Positions 19,205 to 41,684 of a stretch of 64,000 nucleotides of DNA are shown piece after piece. Source of the DNA: the human T2T-CHM13v2.0 reference genome, Homo sapiens. A program made the position numbers and the translations under genes. The notes beneath the pieces were generated by a model. That model did not search any database, was not told the DNA's origin, and worked only from the letters and a program-made list of their open reading frames with translations. The stretch lies in NCBI RefSeq assembly GCF_009914755.1, contig NC_060941.1. One strand, written 5' to 3'. How positions within the stretch are numbered: position 1 is the stretch's first letter; every line of letters begins with the position of its first letter.

Positions 19205-21298
19205 CTAGGGGAACGAAATGGTTTTGTGGGCCAGGCCCAGGGCCCCACTTCCCTATACAGCCTCAGGGCAGTGCTCCCCATATGGCATCCCAGCAGCTCC
19301 AGCTCCAGCCTCAGCTCACAGGGGCCCAGGTACAGCTCAGGCTGCCACTTTGGAGGTTGCAAGCTGTAAGCCTTGACAGCTTTCACATGGCATTAAGCCT
19401 GTGGGTGCGCAGAATGCAAGAGTGAAGGCTTGGCAGCCTCTGTCTCGATTTCAGAGGATGTATGAGAAAGCCCAAGTTCCCAGGCAGATGCCTGCTGCGG
19501 GGGGCAGAGCCCCCACAGAGAACCTTTACTAGGGCAGTGCCAAGGAGCAATGTCCACAAATCCCCAAAATCCCATCTGACTAATTGAGAGAGTTGGAGCC
19601 CCCACACAGAGTCCCCGCTGGGGCACTGCCTAGTGGAGTTGCGAGAAGGGGCCACTGCCCTCCAGAATTCAGAACGGCAAAGTCATCAGCAGCTTGCACC
19701 CTGCGGTTTCACAAGCACTCAACAACCTGTGAGAGCAGCGTTAGGGATGGAACCTGCAAAGCCCCGAGGGCGGAGCTGCCCAAGGCCTTGGGAGCCCACC
19801 CCTGGCACCAGTGTGCCCTGGATGTGGAGCATGGAGTCAAAGGAGATTGTTTTGGAGCTTTCAGATTTAACACCTGCCCTGCTGGGTTTGGAACTTCCAT
19901 GGGACCTGTAGTCCCTTTCATTTGGCTGATTTCTTCCTTTTGGAATGACAGTACTTACCCAGTGCCTATATTCCTATTGTGTCTTGGAAGTAAATTACTT
20001 GTATTTTGTTTTACAGTCTCATTGGTGGAAGGGACATGCCTTGTCTCGGGGGAGACTTTGGACTTTTGAGTTAACGCTGGAATCAGTTAAGATTTTGGGG
20101 GATTCTTGGGAAGGCATGATAGTATTTTGCAATGTAGGAAGGACGTGAGATTTGGGAGGGGTCCCGGGTGGAATGATATAGTTTGGATATTTGTCCTCAC
20201 CCAAATCTCATGTTGAATTGTAATCTCCAGTGTTGGAGGTGGGGCCTGGTGGGAGGTGTTTGGGTCATGGGAGCTTGGGCCATCCCTTGGTGATAAGTGA
20301 GCTGTCTCTCTGAGTTCACACGAGATCTGGTCATTTACAAGTGTGTGGCACCTCCCCCATCCCCCCACTTGCTCCTGCCTTTGCCATGTGATGTCCCTCC
20401 TCCTGCTTTGCCTTTGACCATGATTGGAAGCCTCCTGGGGCCTCTCCAGAAGCAGATGCCGCTGTGCTTCCTGTACAGCCTGCTGAACCACGAACCAATA
20501 AGCCTTTCTTTATAAATGACCCCGTCTCAGGTATTTCTTTATAGCAGTGCAAGAATGACCTAATACAAAAAGACAATCAACAGGCCGGGAGTGATGGCTC
20601 ATTCCTGTAATCCCAGCACTTTGGGAGGCTGAGGCAGGCAGATCACTTGAGGTCAGGAGTTCAAGACCAGCCTGGTCAACATGGTGAAACCCCATCTCTA
20701 CTAAAAATACAAAAATTAGTCGGGCATGGTGGCGTGCACCTGTAATCCCAGCTACTCAGGAGGCTGAGGCAGGAGAATCACTTGAACCCAGGATGGGGAG
20801 GTTGCAGTGAGCCAAGATCACACCACTGCACTCTAGCCTGGGCAGCAGAGCCAGACTGCATCTCAGAACAAACAAGTAAAAGGATGGGGAAAATATATCA
20901 CAGAAACCCTAATCAAAAGAAAGATGGAGTAGTTGTGTTAATATCAGGCAATGTATATTCAAAACAAATATCAACAGGGATAATGAGAGACATTACTCAA
21001 TAATAAAAGAAGGCAAAACAATCCAAATTGTGTATTCACCTAACAATAGAATTTCAAAACACATGAAGCAAAAACTAACAGAAATGAAAGGTAAAACAAT
21101 TTCTTACAGTTAGAGACTTTCACCCTCCTCTTTCAGTATTTTGTTGTTGTTTTTAGTCAGGGTCTTGCTCTGTCACCCACGCTGGAGTGCAGTGGCACAA
21201 ACATGGCTCACTGAAGCTTCAACCTCCTGGGCTCAAGTGATCCTTCTGCCTCAGCCTCCCGAGCAGCTGGGACTATAGGTACATGCCACCACACCTAG

Positions 21299-21478
<180 letters not shown>

Positions 21479-21505
21479 TAGTAGAGACATGGTTTCACCG
21501 TGTTA

Positions 21506-21598
<93 letters not shown>

Positions 21599-23759
21599 CT
21601 AATTTTTTTATTTTTGTAGAGACGGGCTCTTGTCATGTTACCCACGCTGGTCTTGAACTCCTGGGTTCAAGTGAACCTCCTGCTTTGGCCTCCCAAAATG
21701 CTGCGATTACAGGCATAGTCTACTGTTCCTAGCCCCTCTTTCAGTAATTGAGAGAATAAATAGAAAATCATGAAGGATATAGGACACCTGAACACTGTTA
21801 ACTGGTTTGACTCAGCTGACATTTATAGAACATTCCACCCAGCAACAGCAGAATACACATTCTATTCAAGTGCATATTGGACATTTACCAAGACATATCA
21901 TGTTCTGGACCATGAAATAAACCTTAACTAATTTAAAGGAATTGAACTCACACAAAGCATGTTCTCTGACCATAATATCAATCCAAAAGCCAGTAACAAA
22001 GAGCTATCTGGAAAATCCACAAATATTAAATTAACCTGTGAGTTAAATAGAAAATCACAAGGGAATTTAGAGGCTGTTTCTAACTGAAAGAAAATGAAAA
22101 CTAAACATATTAACATTTATGGATTCTTGCTAAAACAGTGTTTAGAGGAAAACTTAGAATATTAAATGCTTATGTTAAGGTAGAAGAAAAGTCTGAAATC
22201 AGTTAGCTAAACTTTCACCTTAATTAATTCAAAAAAGAAGAGCAGATCCAAAGCAAGCAGGAGAAAAGAAACAATAGTGAGTGGACATCAGCAGAAATGA
22301 AAACAGAACATCAGAGAAAAATCAGTGAAAGCAAAAACTGGTTATTTGAAAATATCAATAAATTTGAAAAGCTTCAAGCTAGAGTGATCAGGAAAAAAAG
22401 AGAAGATACAAATTACAACATTAGCAATGAAAGTGGGAACACCACCCCAGACCCTATAGACATGAAAAAGATATTAAGGAAATATTACAGCTGGGCACGG
22501 TGGCTCACGCCTGTGATCCTAGCACTTTGGGAGGTCGAGGCGGGTGGATCACAAGGTCAGGAGTTTGAGACCAGCCTGGCCAAAATAGTGAAATGCCATC
22601 TCTTCTAAAAATACAAAAAAAATAGCCAGGCATGGTGGCAGACACCTGTAATCCAACTTACTTGGGAGGCTGAGGCAGAAGAATCACTTGAACACAGGAC
22701 GTGGAGATTGCAGTGAGCCACGATCACGCCATTGTACTCCAGCCCGGGTGACAGAGTGAGACTCCATCTCAAAAAAAAAAAAAAAAAAGAAAGAAAGAAA
22801 AAAGTAAATATGAAATATTACAAACAGTTTTATGCTCATAAATTTGACAATTTAGATTTAATGGGAAAATTCCTTGAAAGACTCAAACTGCCAAAGTTCA
22901 CTCAAGATTAAATAGGTAAACCAAATTGTCATATGTCTATTAAATGCTACCAAACATTTAAGGAAGACTTAATACCAATTCTACACAAACTCTTAAAGAA
23001 AATAGAAGAGGAGAGAACACTTTGCAATTCCTTTTATGAGTTCAACATTACCTTGACCCTAAGACCACATAAGGCCATTACAAGAAAAGCAAACAGACCA
23101 ATATCCCATATGAACCTAGATGCAAAATCCTCAACTCATTATTAGCAAATAATCCAGCAATATATAAAAATGAGTCTTTATCCTGAAGTAATCTATTTAT
23201 TCTGGGACAAACAAAATGAGGTTTATCCTGGAAATGCAAGGTTGGTTCAACCTTCAAACATCAGTATCATTCATCGTATCAACAGACTACAAAAAAAAGA
23301 ATCTTATGATATCTCAATAGATGCAGGAAAAGAATTTGACAAAATTCAACATCCGTTTGTGATAAAAACTCTTAGCAAACTATGAATAAAAAACAACTTC
23401 CTTAACTTTTCAGAAGGCATCACAAAAACCCTACAGATAACATCACACTTAATGATAAAAGATTGGATGCTTTCCCCATAAGGAAGGAAACAAGGCAAGG
23501 GCGTCTGCTGTCACCACATCTATTCAGCATCATACTGGAGGCCCCGTTCAGTGTAATAAGCAAGAAAATAATAAAATGAACACATATTGGGAAGGAATAA
23601 ATACACAACTGTCTCTATTTGTGGACAGCATGACTACATAGAAAATCTCAAAGGAGTCTACTAGAACAAATTAGAACATCACAGAATACTAGGTCAGTGT
23701 ACAAAATGAAATGTGTATTTCTATTTGCTAGCAAGGAACAATTGGAAACTGAAATTAAC

Positions 23760-24366
23760 ATTTTATTTATTTTTATTGACTTACATTTTTAGAGACAGAG
23801 TCTTCCTCTGTTGCCCAGGCTGAGTGCAGCGGCATGATCACAGCTCACTGCAGCCTCAAACTCCTGGGTACACGTGATCCTTTGGCCTCAGCCTCCTAAG
23901 TACAGGTATGTGCCACAATGGCCAGCTAATATCTTTTTTTAGAAACAGGGTCTCACTATGCTGCCCAGGCTGGTCTTGAACTCCTGGGCTCAAGCGATCT
24001 TCCTGCCTTGGCCTGCCAAAGTGCTAGGATTATGGATGTGAACCACTGCACCCAGCCTATTTTATTTTTATTTTTTTAGAGATAGGGTCTTGCTCTGTTG
24101 CCCAGGCCGGAGTGCAGTCATGCAACCATAGCTCATGGTAACCTCAAACTCCTGGGCTCAAGTGATCCTCCTGCCCCGGCCTCCTGAGTAAGTGAGACTA
24201 CAGGCATGCACCGCCATGCTCAGTGCATGCCTTTTTTTTTTTTTTCTTTAAGGTGAGGTCTCCCCGTGTTTCCTAGGCTGATCTGGAACTCCTGGGCTCA
24301 AGTGACCCTCCCACTTTGGCCTCCTAAAGTGCTAGGATTATAGGCATGAGCCACTGTGCGTGGCCT
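23760..24366 (-). mobile_element. Two tandem antisense AluJ elements
   Basis: Alu consensus twice; flanked by tgaaattaacatttt. Confidence 0.9.
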
Positions 24367-25009
24367 GAAATTAACATTTTAAACATGGGGAAACAGACTT
24401 CTACTTCCAAGTAGGATGGAGTGCAGCAGATCAAGGCTCCCACTAAGAACTAGAAAGGCCAGGCAAAAATATAAAAATCATCTCTTTAATGGCATCAGAA
24501 AGCTACAGAAGCAACAAAGACTAAAGGGGTTAAGCCTCAAAAGAGGAGGGTTCCGTAGGATAAGCAGACCATCTGCAGCCCGCAGTTCCCAAGTGCTTGT
24601 TCGTGCTGGGATTAATGACACACGGGAGATTCGAAGGGCAGCTAATCTTGGCAAGAATGAAGACGCGAAAGCTGATCTCTTCTTCAAGACTGTGGCAGGA
24701 CTGGAAGCTGCGTGAAAACGCTGGTTGAAGAGCTAATTTGAAACTTCCGGAAGGCAGAGCAGAATTGTTTACCTCGCTCAGGGCTAAGGAAGGGGAGGGC
24801 TCTAGTTGTCCACAGCAAACTGTCTGTTAATTTCCTGGAGGATTAGTTCCTAGAAACAAGCAACACAGAGATAGGCTCACCGAAAGGGCAGCTTGTCCTC
24901 AGCTCAGCTCAGTCCCTGATTGGAGCGAGGAGGTCACCCTCCTTACCGAGGAAATGGGGGACCCTCTCCGCCGGCTGGAACACAGCGTCATCCAGAGCAG
25001 GCTCTGCCC

Positions 25010-25176
25010 ATCTTTTCCTTAGCCGGGTAGTAGAAGTGGCCTCTGCCTACTGAACCGTGCTGCTGTAGGGCACACGCAGCCACAGAGCATCTGTGAACAA
25101 ATGGGCATGTGTGTGTTTCAATACGCTGCGTTCACAAAAGCAGGCGGCTGCCCCCCGCTGCAGTTTGCTGACCCCG
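25010..25176 (+). mobile_element. MER58-like hAT DNA transposon remnant
   Basis: gcagccacagagcatctgtgaacaaatgggcatg...cacaaaagcaggcggc...cagtttgctgacccc resembles the MER58A 3' half. Confidence 0.6.
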
Positions 25177-25432
25177 GATCTGGAGTCTCCAGGCTTCAGC
25201 GCATGACATCCAGCATTCAGAGACCACAGGGCCAAAAATCAAGAGGAAAAATAGCCCGTGGAAACGGATGCACACAAAGCCAGAGAGTGGAAGTCGCAGC
25301 AGAGAACCCCTGAACTCTCTGTGAGTTTTTGTTTAGAGTTCGAACTCTGCGTTTTTGTTTAGATGGAGGAAGCAAGGGAGAAAGTAGATGAAAAGGTGGA
25401 GATTTTTCAGCTGAGAACTGGAATCCATATAA

Positions 25433-25750
<318 letters not shown>

Positions 25751-26708
25751 TAAGAATCTGCAAACCCCAAGTTTTCCTGCCATGGCAGGTCTGAGCACAA
25801 GGCAGCCGGGAGAGGTTTAATCCTGGGTGAGTCAGGCCGAGTTCCAGTTATCACACTGAGAATCACCCAGTAAATGAAGCTGCTGTGACCAAAGTGACCA
25901 AAGGCTGTTTAGTACCTGAAGGTCTTGGGAGGCCCTGGACCTCATGGAGAGAGAACCATAGAGCGTGGGGAGGTGGGGGCAGAGGCCCCCTGGGGCTGAG
26001 CCTGTTCTGAGCAGTTCACGGGGGTCTCCTTTTTTATCCTTCTCCTGTGTGCCTGCCTGGGGGGCTTACTGTCAGCTAGCGTGTGGGGGCAAAGGGCAGA
26101 CAGGTCCACACAGGTGTTCAGCCTCTTGCACAGCCCTGGGGAAGGGGGGATCTTAGATTCTCACCCCACTCCGGGGAGGCGGGAGCTCTGTATCACATGG
26201 TCACTTCTGCCCAGTGGGGCCAGTGGCTGGAGCTCAGCGAGGGGACTTGGGTGCAGGCTGCTGTGGAGGGACTGAGGACCCAGGTCTTTATCCTTGGGGC
26301 AATGGATGTCAGCACAGGGCTGCCGCAGGGGACTTCAGTCAGATCTGTACTTGGAAAACCTCACTGAGTATGGAGACGGGTTTGGACAGGCCAAGGGCTT
26401 CTGGGGATCAGGTAAGGGGCCTTTTCCCAGGTCCGGGGTGGAGGGGTCCGGGGCCCGGAGGTGGGTAGACAGATTCAGGAGCTCAAAGTTGACAAGACAT
26501 GGGGGCTAGGCTGGGGGTCAGGGGAGGAGAGTGAAGGAAGAGGAAACAGAAAGGGTAACACCAAGGTTCCCAGCTGTATGTGTGGGGATACGGAGGGACC
26601 ATGGCCCGAGGCTGCGACCTGGCAGGGGGTCTGCTTGGCGACTGTCAGGTAGGCGGTTGGAGCCACAGATCTGGAGGTTAGCGAAGAGGTCTGGACAATA
26701 CATATTAG

Positions 26709-27000
26709 TGGCTGGGCACGGTGGCTCACGCCTGAAATCCCAGCACTTTGGGAGGCCGAGGCAGAAGGATCGCTTGAGCCCAGGAATTCAAGACCAGTCT
26801 GGGCAACATAGCAAGACCCTATCTCTAGAAAAAAACTTTTAAAAAAATTAGTTGGGCATGGTGGTGCACGCCTGTAGTCTCAGCTACTCAGAAGGCTTAG
26901 GCGAGAGGATTGCTTGAGCCCCGGAGGTTGAGGCTGCAGTGAGACCAGATCACGCTTGGGTGACAGAACAAGCAAGACCCTGTCTCCAAAAAAAAAAAAA
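26709..27000 (+). mobile_element. AluJ
   Basis: Alu consensus with A tail. Confidence 0.9.
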
Positions 27001-28411
27001 GAGAGAAATACGCATATGAGAGCCATCTGAGTCTACAGGGGAGAGTGCTAAGCTCCACCCTACCTGTGCCAGGGCCCACGGCTCCTGTTGAGAAATGGCC
27101 TTAGGAGGCCTGGGGCTTACTGAGAGGGGCAAGCTCGTCTAGGAGATCCAAAGTTTAAGGACATCACCTGAAAGCAGTGTGTGCTCGCGGGCACTCAGGC
27201 GCCCGTCTGCGGTGCAATCGTGGACAGGATAGCCTGGGCTCCACCGTGCTTGGTTAAAGGGGCCGAAGGAGGCCCCAGGAGGTCAGCTCAGGGGGTTCCA
27301 GCTTGCCCCTCCTGGGGGGGGGGGTCTTCGTTGAGGTTTGGTGGAGATGCTCCTGGAGGTGCACCTTTGCTCCACAGCTGAGGCTGGGCCTCACGTTGGG
27401 AGCAGCCGGCAGCATTGAGAGCTGCATTTGGGGGGCGGGGAGGCAGTAACAGCAGCCACACCCAGGGGCAGAGCCAGCTGCACCCCAGCCAGCACAGGGC
27501 CTGCGGTTGGACTAAAGGCTGGTCCTTGGGCCAGGCTGGCTCCGGTGTTTCCCTTCAGCTCTCAGGTTCTCTCCAGCCTTTCCGGAAACCTACTCATCTC
27601 CCAGTTTCCTGCCAAGAAACCCCATTACTACTGAAGTCTCAGACTCTCGACTGCCAGGCCTGGTGGGTGAAGCTGCCTCCAGCCGGGAAGAGGCCTTGGA
27701 GGCGCCGGGAGGGCCCAGCTTCCCCGTGCCCGGCCGCGTGGCCTTGGGAAAGCCCCTCAGTGCTCCGGGCCTCCGTGTCCCTTTCCACACCATGAGGCTC
27801 CTGGCATTTCTCCTGTGGCCTGTGGGGTGTCACTGGGGCAGGAGTGGGCCGGCTCCCTGGCTCCCGGCCACCACCCCTCAGCATGGTCTGCTTGGCAGCC
27901 AGGGACAGTCTGGGCTTCCACCCAAAGCGTCTGCAGGGAGCAGGTGGGGACGTCCATCCACTGTGCTGTGTCCAACCGCGTCTGTCGTGTTTCTCCACGG
28001 AGAGCACCGGGCAGTCGAGGGGGTGCAGGGACTGCGGGGCCTCCCTACAGACACAGTCTGGGTGCCTGGCAGCTCAGGGACCTCCTTTCACACCCTCTAC
28101 CACCTGCAGATGCCCCCCACATGTGTCTGTCCTCGCTGCTTCTGAAACTCCCCTTGGGCCAAAAGGTGCCCCTGGGTTGGGTCCAGGGAGGCCCCATGTA
28201 GCTGAAGGAGCTGAGATTTGGGCCAAAAACCTGCAAGGGGAAGGCAGGTGTAGGGTGTGGACTCCACGGCGTCCTCCAGGCTCACTTCCCCGATGGAAAC
28301 TGAATGGGAGAACTGACATTTCTGGGAGAATTCCGGCTCCTTTGAAAAAGGCGGCACGCAGAAGACGCTCAACACCATCGCCACCAGGAAATGCAAGTCA
28401 AAACCACCAGG

Positions 28412-29832
<1,421 letters not shown>

Positions 29833-30349
29833 AGAAAAAGATGTCGTAGGGCCGTTTGAAACGCACATCAGAAGGAGCGAATTTCCTGCAGGGCTGAGCC
29901 TCCCAGGGCGGCCACACCTTCCCCACACGTTCCCTCGGCAGGTTCCAGGCGGAACACACCGCTCGTCTGCAGGCGCTTGGTGGTGGAGCTGTTTCACACG
30001 CGGGAGCTTCTCTTCCCCGCGCCAGCCCAGGAGGAGGGTGTCACTCCTCCCTTCCAAAGACCAGCGACAGGACAGGAGAAGCTTCTGTGACTTTGCCGGG
30101 ATCAGAGAGAGTCCAGGATTCCAGCCTAGTCCTATCAACCCTGTATCTTGGTGCTCCACCTGCCAACCACCCAGATGCAGGGGCCAGCACAGGACGGCCA
30201 CTATCCGAGTCTGTGACCTCTCCCTTGTCCCTGATGTCACACCCCACTTGCTGTGGCCTCTCTATGCTGGTCTCCACAATGCTCAGCCGTCTTCGTCTGG
30301 GACACTGCACCCCTTCCGCCGCGCAGCCCACCAGCTACCACTCCCAGGC

Positions 30350-30368
30350 TGTCCACCAGGTGGCAGTG
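30350..30368 (+). promoter_or_regulatory. Candidate CTCF site
   Basis: TGTCCACCAGGTGGCAGTG matches the CTCF core CCACCAGGTGGCAG (30353-30366). Confidence 0.65.
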
Positions 30369-30397
30369 AAGGTCACCGATGTCAAGTTCGTGGCTCA

Positions 30398-31543
<1,146 letters not shown>

Positions 31544-33513
31544 CTAACCCAGCCTCTCCTCCAGCACCTCCAGCCTTTTGGAGACCCTGCCCTGCCCAAA
31601 ACCACTTGGAAATCACCAACTCAACTTTCCTTGGAACGCACCAGGGCACTCCAATGACGCCGTGTCCTAGCTGGAGTGCCTCGGCTTTTGCAATCCTGTG
31701 CAGAATCAAGGTTTTCCCTTGAGCCAAAGAATGAAGAATTACGGCTGAATCCAACACCACTGGCTCCAGGGCCTCTGAAAGCCGAGTCCTGAGGCCGCAC
31801 AAAGGACTCTGTTGGCTCCTGCAGCCGCAGAGAAAATCTCAAAATCTGAGTGAGAATTAGCGGCAGATTCCAGGGATCAGCAGCCAGCTCTTCACACCAG
31901 CCTCGTCTCTGGGCATTGGAGCCACGCCGGCAAAGGTCACGTGCAGCCAGTTGGACGAGGGGTAAAATGCCACCCGAATCTGTTTAGAGTAATTGTTTTC
32001 CCCCAGTGGATGGAATATTCTTTTCATCTGGGCAGCTAGGAAACAGCTAAAGTTTTCCATGAACCTCTACAAAGATTTCTGTGTCTTCCAACTTTGTGAG
32101 AAGAAAAAGAACTTGCTGGGGGAAATGATATTCTCGAGCTTAACACTCAAATCATGTTTTCTCGAAATCATGTTACTTTCTGGCCAAGTATGCCGGCGAA
32201 GCCACTGAGACACGCTCCGCACATCTTTAGAACATAAAGGCCCTGGCAGTAGCTTGCGGCGCTCTTTGGAAAACTGCTTGGCTCTCACTGGAAACACAGC
32301 CACGCCTCCTCTGGGCCCCGGTAGCTCTGGCGTTAAGTCGGCTGGAGACTGGCTTGGCCACGGCCGCCATCTCTAGCCAGCCCTGGGGCAACTGCCCCCG
32401 GCTGCGTCCCACCCTGCCCGCCTCCTAGCCCCTAGCCAGAGGCAGCTGTGTGGCTCCGTGGCTGGGCTGGGGCGCTGCGGCTCTGCGCACGATAAGCCAG
32501 GGAGCTCCTTCCTTAGCACTACTGGCTCCAGGAGCACCTATTTAGGTAAACTCCATTCCTGCAGGTGTCCTCCCCGCTACACATCCAGCCTGGCCCCTCG
32601 GCCAGTTTTGCCTTCACCCTGTGCAGTTCATCAAGACATCCCCCTTTCATCAAAGCTCTTCTAGCACATTCTGAGGCGAGCCATAGAGGGACATGAGGGT
32701 AGTTACGTCTCATCAAAGAGAAAGGGACCTCATATTTCTGGAGCACCTACCATGCACACGGGCTGACTGTGGGCTCCCATGGCCGGTGGGACAAAGGGCC
32801 CCAGCTGCTGTGTGGTCTGATGCTGTGCAAATGAACATCTGTGCGAGTGGCCACGCTTCCCCATCGGAGCAGCCCTGTCGGGTCAGCGCGGCCAGAAAGC
32901 TGCGTTGCACTTCCCCTGTTAGGGTCTAAGGTGGAAGACCCCTTCCAGATGTCCTTGGTTTCTAGATGGACAAGAAGAAATAGCGTGTGGCTCTCAGGTT
33001 AGGAGAAGGAAGCAGAGTGCCAGGAAGAGCCGGGAAGGAGGAGGCACCAGGGCACCTGAGGCTGTCACTGTTCCACCTCCGGGGGTACACGTCTGGACCA
33101 CTCATGACAGGCCCCACTGCATCACGACCCCAGACAGGAGACGGCAGGGCAGCCTCAGACTCCCCTGCCTAAGTTCAACTCCGAGCACCGGGGCAGGCGT
33201 GCTTCCTGCATGTCACTGGGGAGGCCATGCTCTCTCTCGTGTATCTGGACTCACGACGTCCACCCGGCTCGTCTGTATTCCGTCTGGGTGGACGTGACAC
33301 TGGGCTGCTCCACTGGGAAAACACTGACCAGTCATCGGAATGTTTACGGAGACAGTGTCAGGCAGCGGGCCAGGGAAACTCTGTCCTCGAAGTCCCCCAC
33401 CCTCTAGGCACCTAAGTGGGGTTTTATAGGATCTGCTGCAAGAAGATAAAGTGAGATTTTAGGGCTGAAGACAACATTTCAAAATCTGGCTTTAAATAAA
33501 CATGGAATAAAAG

Positions 33514-33548
33514 AGAGAGAGAGAGAGCGCGAGCAAGAGTGAGAGCGC
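33514..33548 (+). repeat. (GA)n low-complexity tract
   Basis: agagagagagagagagcgcgagcaagagtgagagc. Confidence 0.7.
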
Positions 33549-35379
33549 GGAGCCTCCAGCAGCTGAAATTAGAAGCAGCCAGCCCCGGGCAGGGAAGCCA
33601 TCTGCGCGGCGCCCAGCAGCATGGAGACGTCTGGGTCCTCCCTGACGGCATGCGAAGCGGCACCCGCAGGTACAGCTCTGCTGTCTCCTGTCTGCAGGGA
33701 CCTGCGGGAACACACTGAGGTCTTGTTTTCCAGGTGTCCTCCAATTTCAGATTCTGAAGAACAGATTCCCTCCGCTCCCATCCAGAAATACCTTTCAGAT
33801 CACTTTCAAGGCAGTTTAAGTCATTTAAGAAGCAGAGTGATAAGAAAACAAAGACAACGTTTCAGGCGGTAAATGAAAACTAATTATACTGAGCGTTAAG
33901 CAAAGTTCGTCTTTCTTCGTCTTTGCTCAGGGAGGTTGAGCCGAGTACGGCCCCCAGTGCCAGGAGGGGCCAGTGCTCAGTGTCCTCACACAGGTCCGTC
34001 TTCCTGCTCACCCAGTCACTGGCCACTCTCACCCCATGCTGGGTTCAGAAGATGGCGAGTGGGCCTGGGACTGGGGCGGGCTCCCACTCCTGCCCGGGGT
34101 GGTGCTGCGTTGTGGGCACCCGTGTCCCTCCTCCCCCTCCACCCTGCCCAGCTCCAGACGTGTGGCTGAAGCGGCCAGCTCGGCCAGTTCGTCCCGGCGC
34201 CACATGTGTCCTTCCTCCGGCCCCAGACCCCAGCCTCACCTGGGCCAGTGCAGGAGAGCCCAGCTACGCTGGGTGCGCTTCAGGCTGTCACCTGCCCGAG
34301 TTATTTAAATCCACATTGTCAGCTAATGTATTCTAATAAGCAAGTGGGTGACCGGGCTGGCAGGCTCCGGATGACGCTGACATATAGCAAGGGGGGGAGG
34401 AGCACGGAGCGAAACTCTGAGACTCACTTGCGCCCCGGTGCTCACCCCCGCACTGCCTCCCACAGGCACCTGGAGTCACGCCACGCGATGTGAGCTGGAT
34501 TATATAAGGGGGCTTGTTGCTGGGGAACCTCTCCCCGCCCACCCCCGCCAGGGCAGGCTCTGGAGGGAGGCCACATGTCGTCTGTCCCCACCACCCTCAG
34601 AAGGAAGCCCCTCTGGCCTTTCTGGCCTGGTCTGTAGGGAAGCTCTGTCTGTAGGCCGCCTCACTTTGAGGGCTGAGGCTGGACCACGGCAACACAGGGT
34701 CAGGAAGGGCCCGAGAGGCCATGCCCACACTCCTCTGCCCATGTGTTGCTCAGAGCAGGCAGGGTCTCCCTGCCTTAGAGACAGTGGCCTCATCCTGTCC
34801 TCCAGAACTTCCTCCCCATCACGGGCCACGTACTCTCTGCGAGGAGAGAGGGGACATCAGATGCCCGGATGGGCAGCAATGCATCTCCCTGGCTATGGCC
34901 AGAAGTCTGGCCAACACTATGGCTGCAGGACAGCCATGAGCCACGCTGGGTTGTGGGCAGCAAACCCAAGGCACCATCTGCCAAGGAGGCCAGGTGAGAA
35001 CCACGTCTGGGGTGGCAGAAGGGCTGAGCCGTCAGCAGGACCCTCGCGCCTCACAGCCCCAGCTCCACTGCGGGCAGTCCAGCCGCAGCCACAGACGGGG
35101 GAGGGGGCGAGGTGGGGGGCGGGCCCACGTGCCTGTCCTCGGGATAAGGGGCCACTCCACAGGGTGCTGGCCCCCTGGGGCTCTCTGTGATCAGCAGCAG
35201 CAGACCACAGGGGCAACAGCTCCATCCACTGACCCCAAGGTGGACAGAGTGGGGACCTGGGGGCCAGGACGAGATTCCAGGGTGAGGCACAGGTGACGCC
35301 TTCGGACTCCTGCAGGTAAAACTGGAGGCCTGTGCAAGATCACTGCCCATTCCCATGACAACCTTAACTCTAGCACATT

Positions 35380-41095
<5,716 letters not shown>

Positions 41096-41630
41096 GCCGC
41101 CGGCGCCCCCCGCTCTCCTCCCCGCACCTTCTGCTCCTTCTTCCTGCGCCACCCCGCCCCCGCCTCCCCGCCCCCAGCCCGGCTGTTGCCCGGGCCCCCT
41201 CAGGCTGCTCCCAGGGCCCCAGCCCGCGCCGCGCCTCCCCTCTCCTCCCCCAGGATCGACGCCGCCGCAGACCAATCGCTGCCTGGAGTCGGCCACTAGG
41301 CCCCACCTCCGATCCCGCCCCCCTCCCCCTTCTCCGGAACCCACCAATGGAAAGGGCGGTGCGGGGGCGGGGCCTGGCGGTTGCCTAGCAGCGGCAGCGC
41401 CGGGCGGGGGCGGGTGGTCGGGGGCGGTGATGCGGGCGCAACGGGGGCGGGACGCAGGGGCGGGGACTGCCGCGGGGCGGGGCCTGAGGCGGCTATAAAG
41501 GTGGCCGCCGCCGGACGCCGGGCTCTGTGGTTCGGGTCCGCTTTCGTCTCCGTCCTGCTGCCGTTACCGCCGCTGCTGCCGCCGCTTGCGTCCCCCGCTC
41601 CGGTCTGTGGTGCAGCCGGGACCCAGGACC

Positions 41631-41684
41631 ATGTCTCTGTCTCGCTCAGAGGAGATGCACCGGCTCACGGAAAATGTCTATAAG
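41631..41684 (+). CDS. BAIAP2: BAIAP2 (IRSp53) coding exon 1 (MSLSRSEEMHRLTENVYK); 5' UTR from ~41525
   Basis: ggaccATG Kozak context; AAG|gtgagc donor; N-terminus of the IMD/I-BAR domain. Confidence 0.98.

Noticed and set aside
22297-23385. ORFs with L1 ORF2-like peptides
   Set aside because: Stop- and frameshift-riddled relics of an old L1, not a gene
31645-31680. Hairpin GGCACTCCA...TGGAGTGCC
   Set aside because: A 9-bp stem with an 18-nt loop is expected by chance in 64 kb, and it has no miRNA or snoRNA hallmarks
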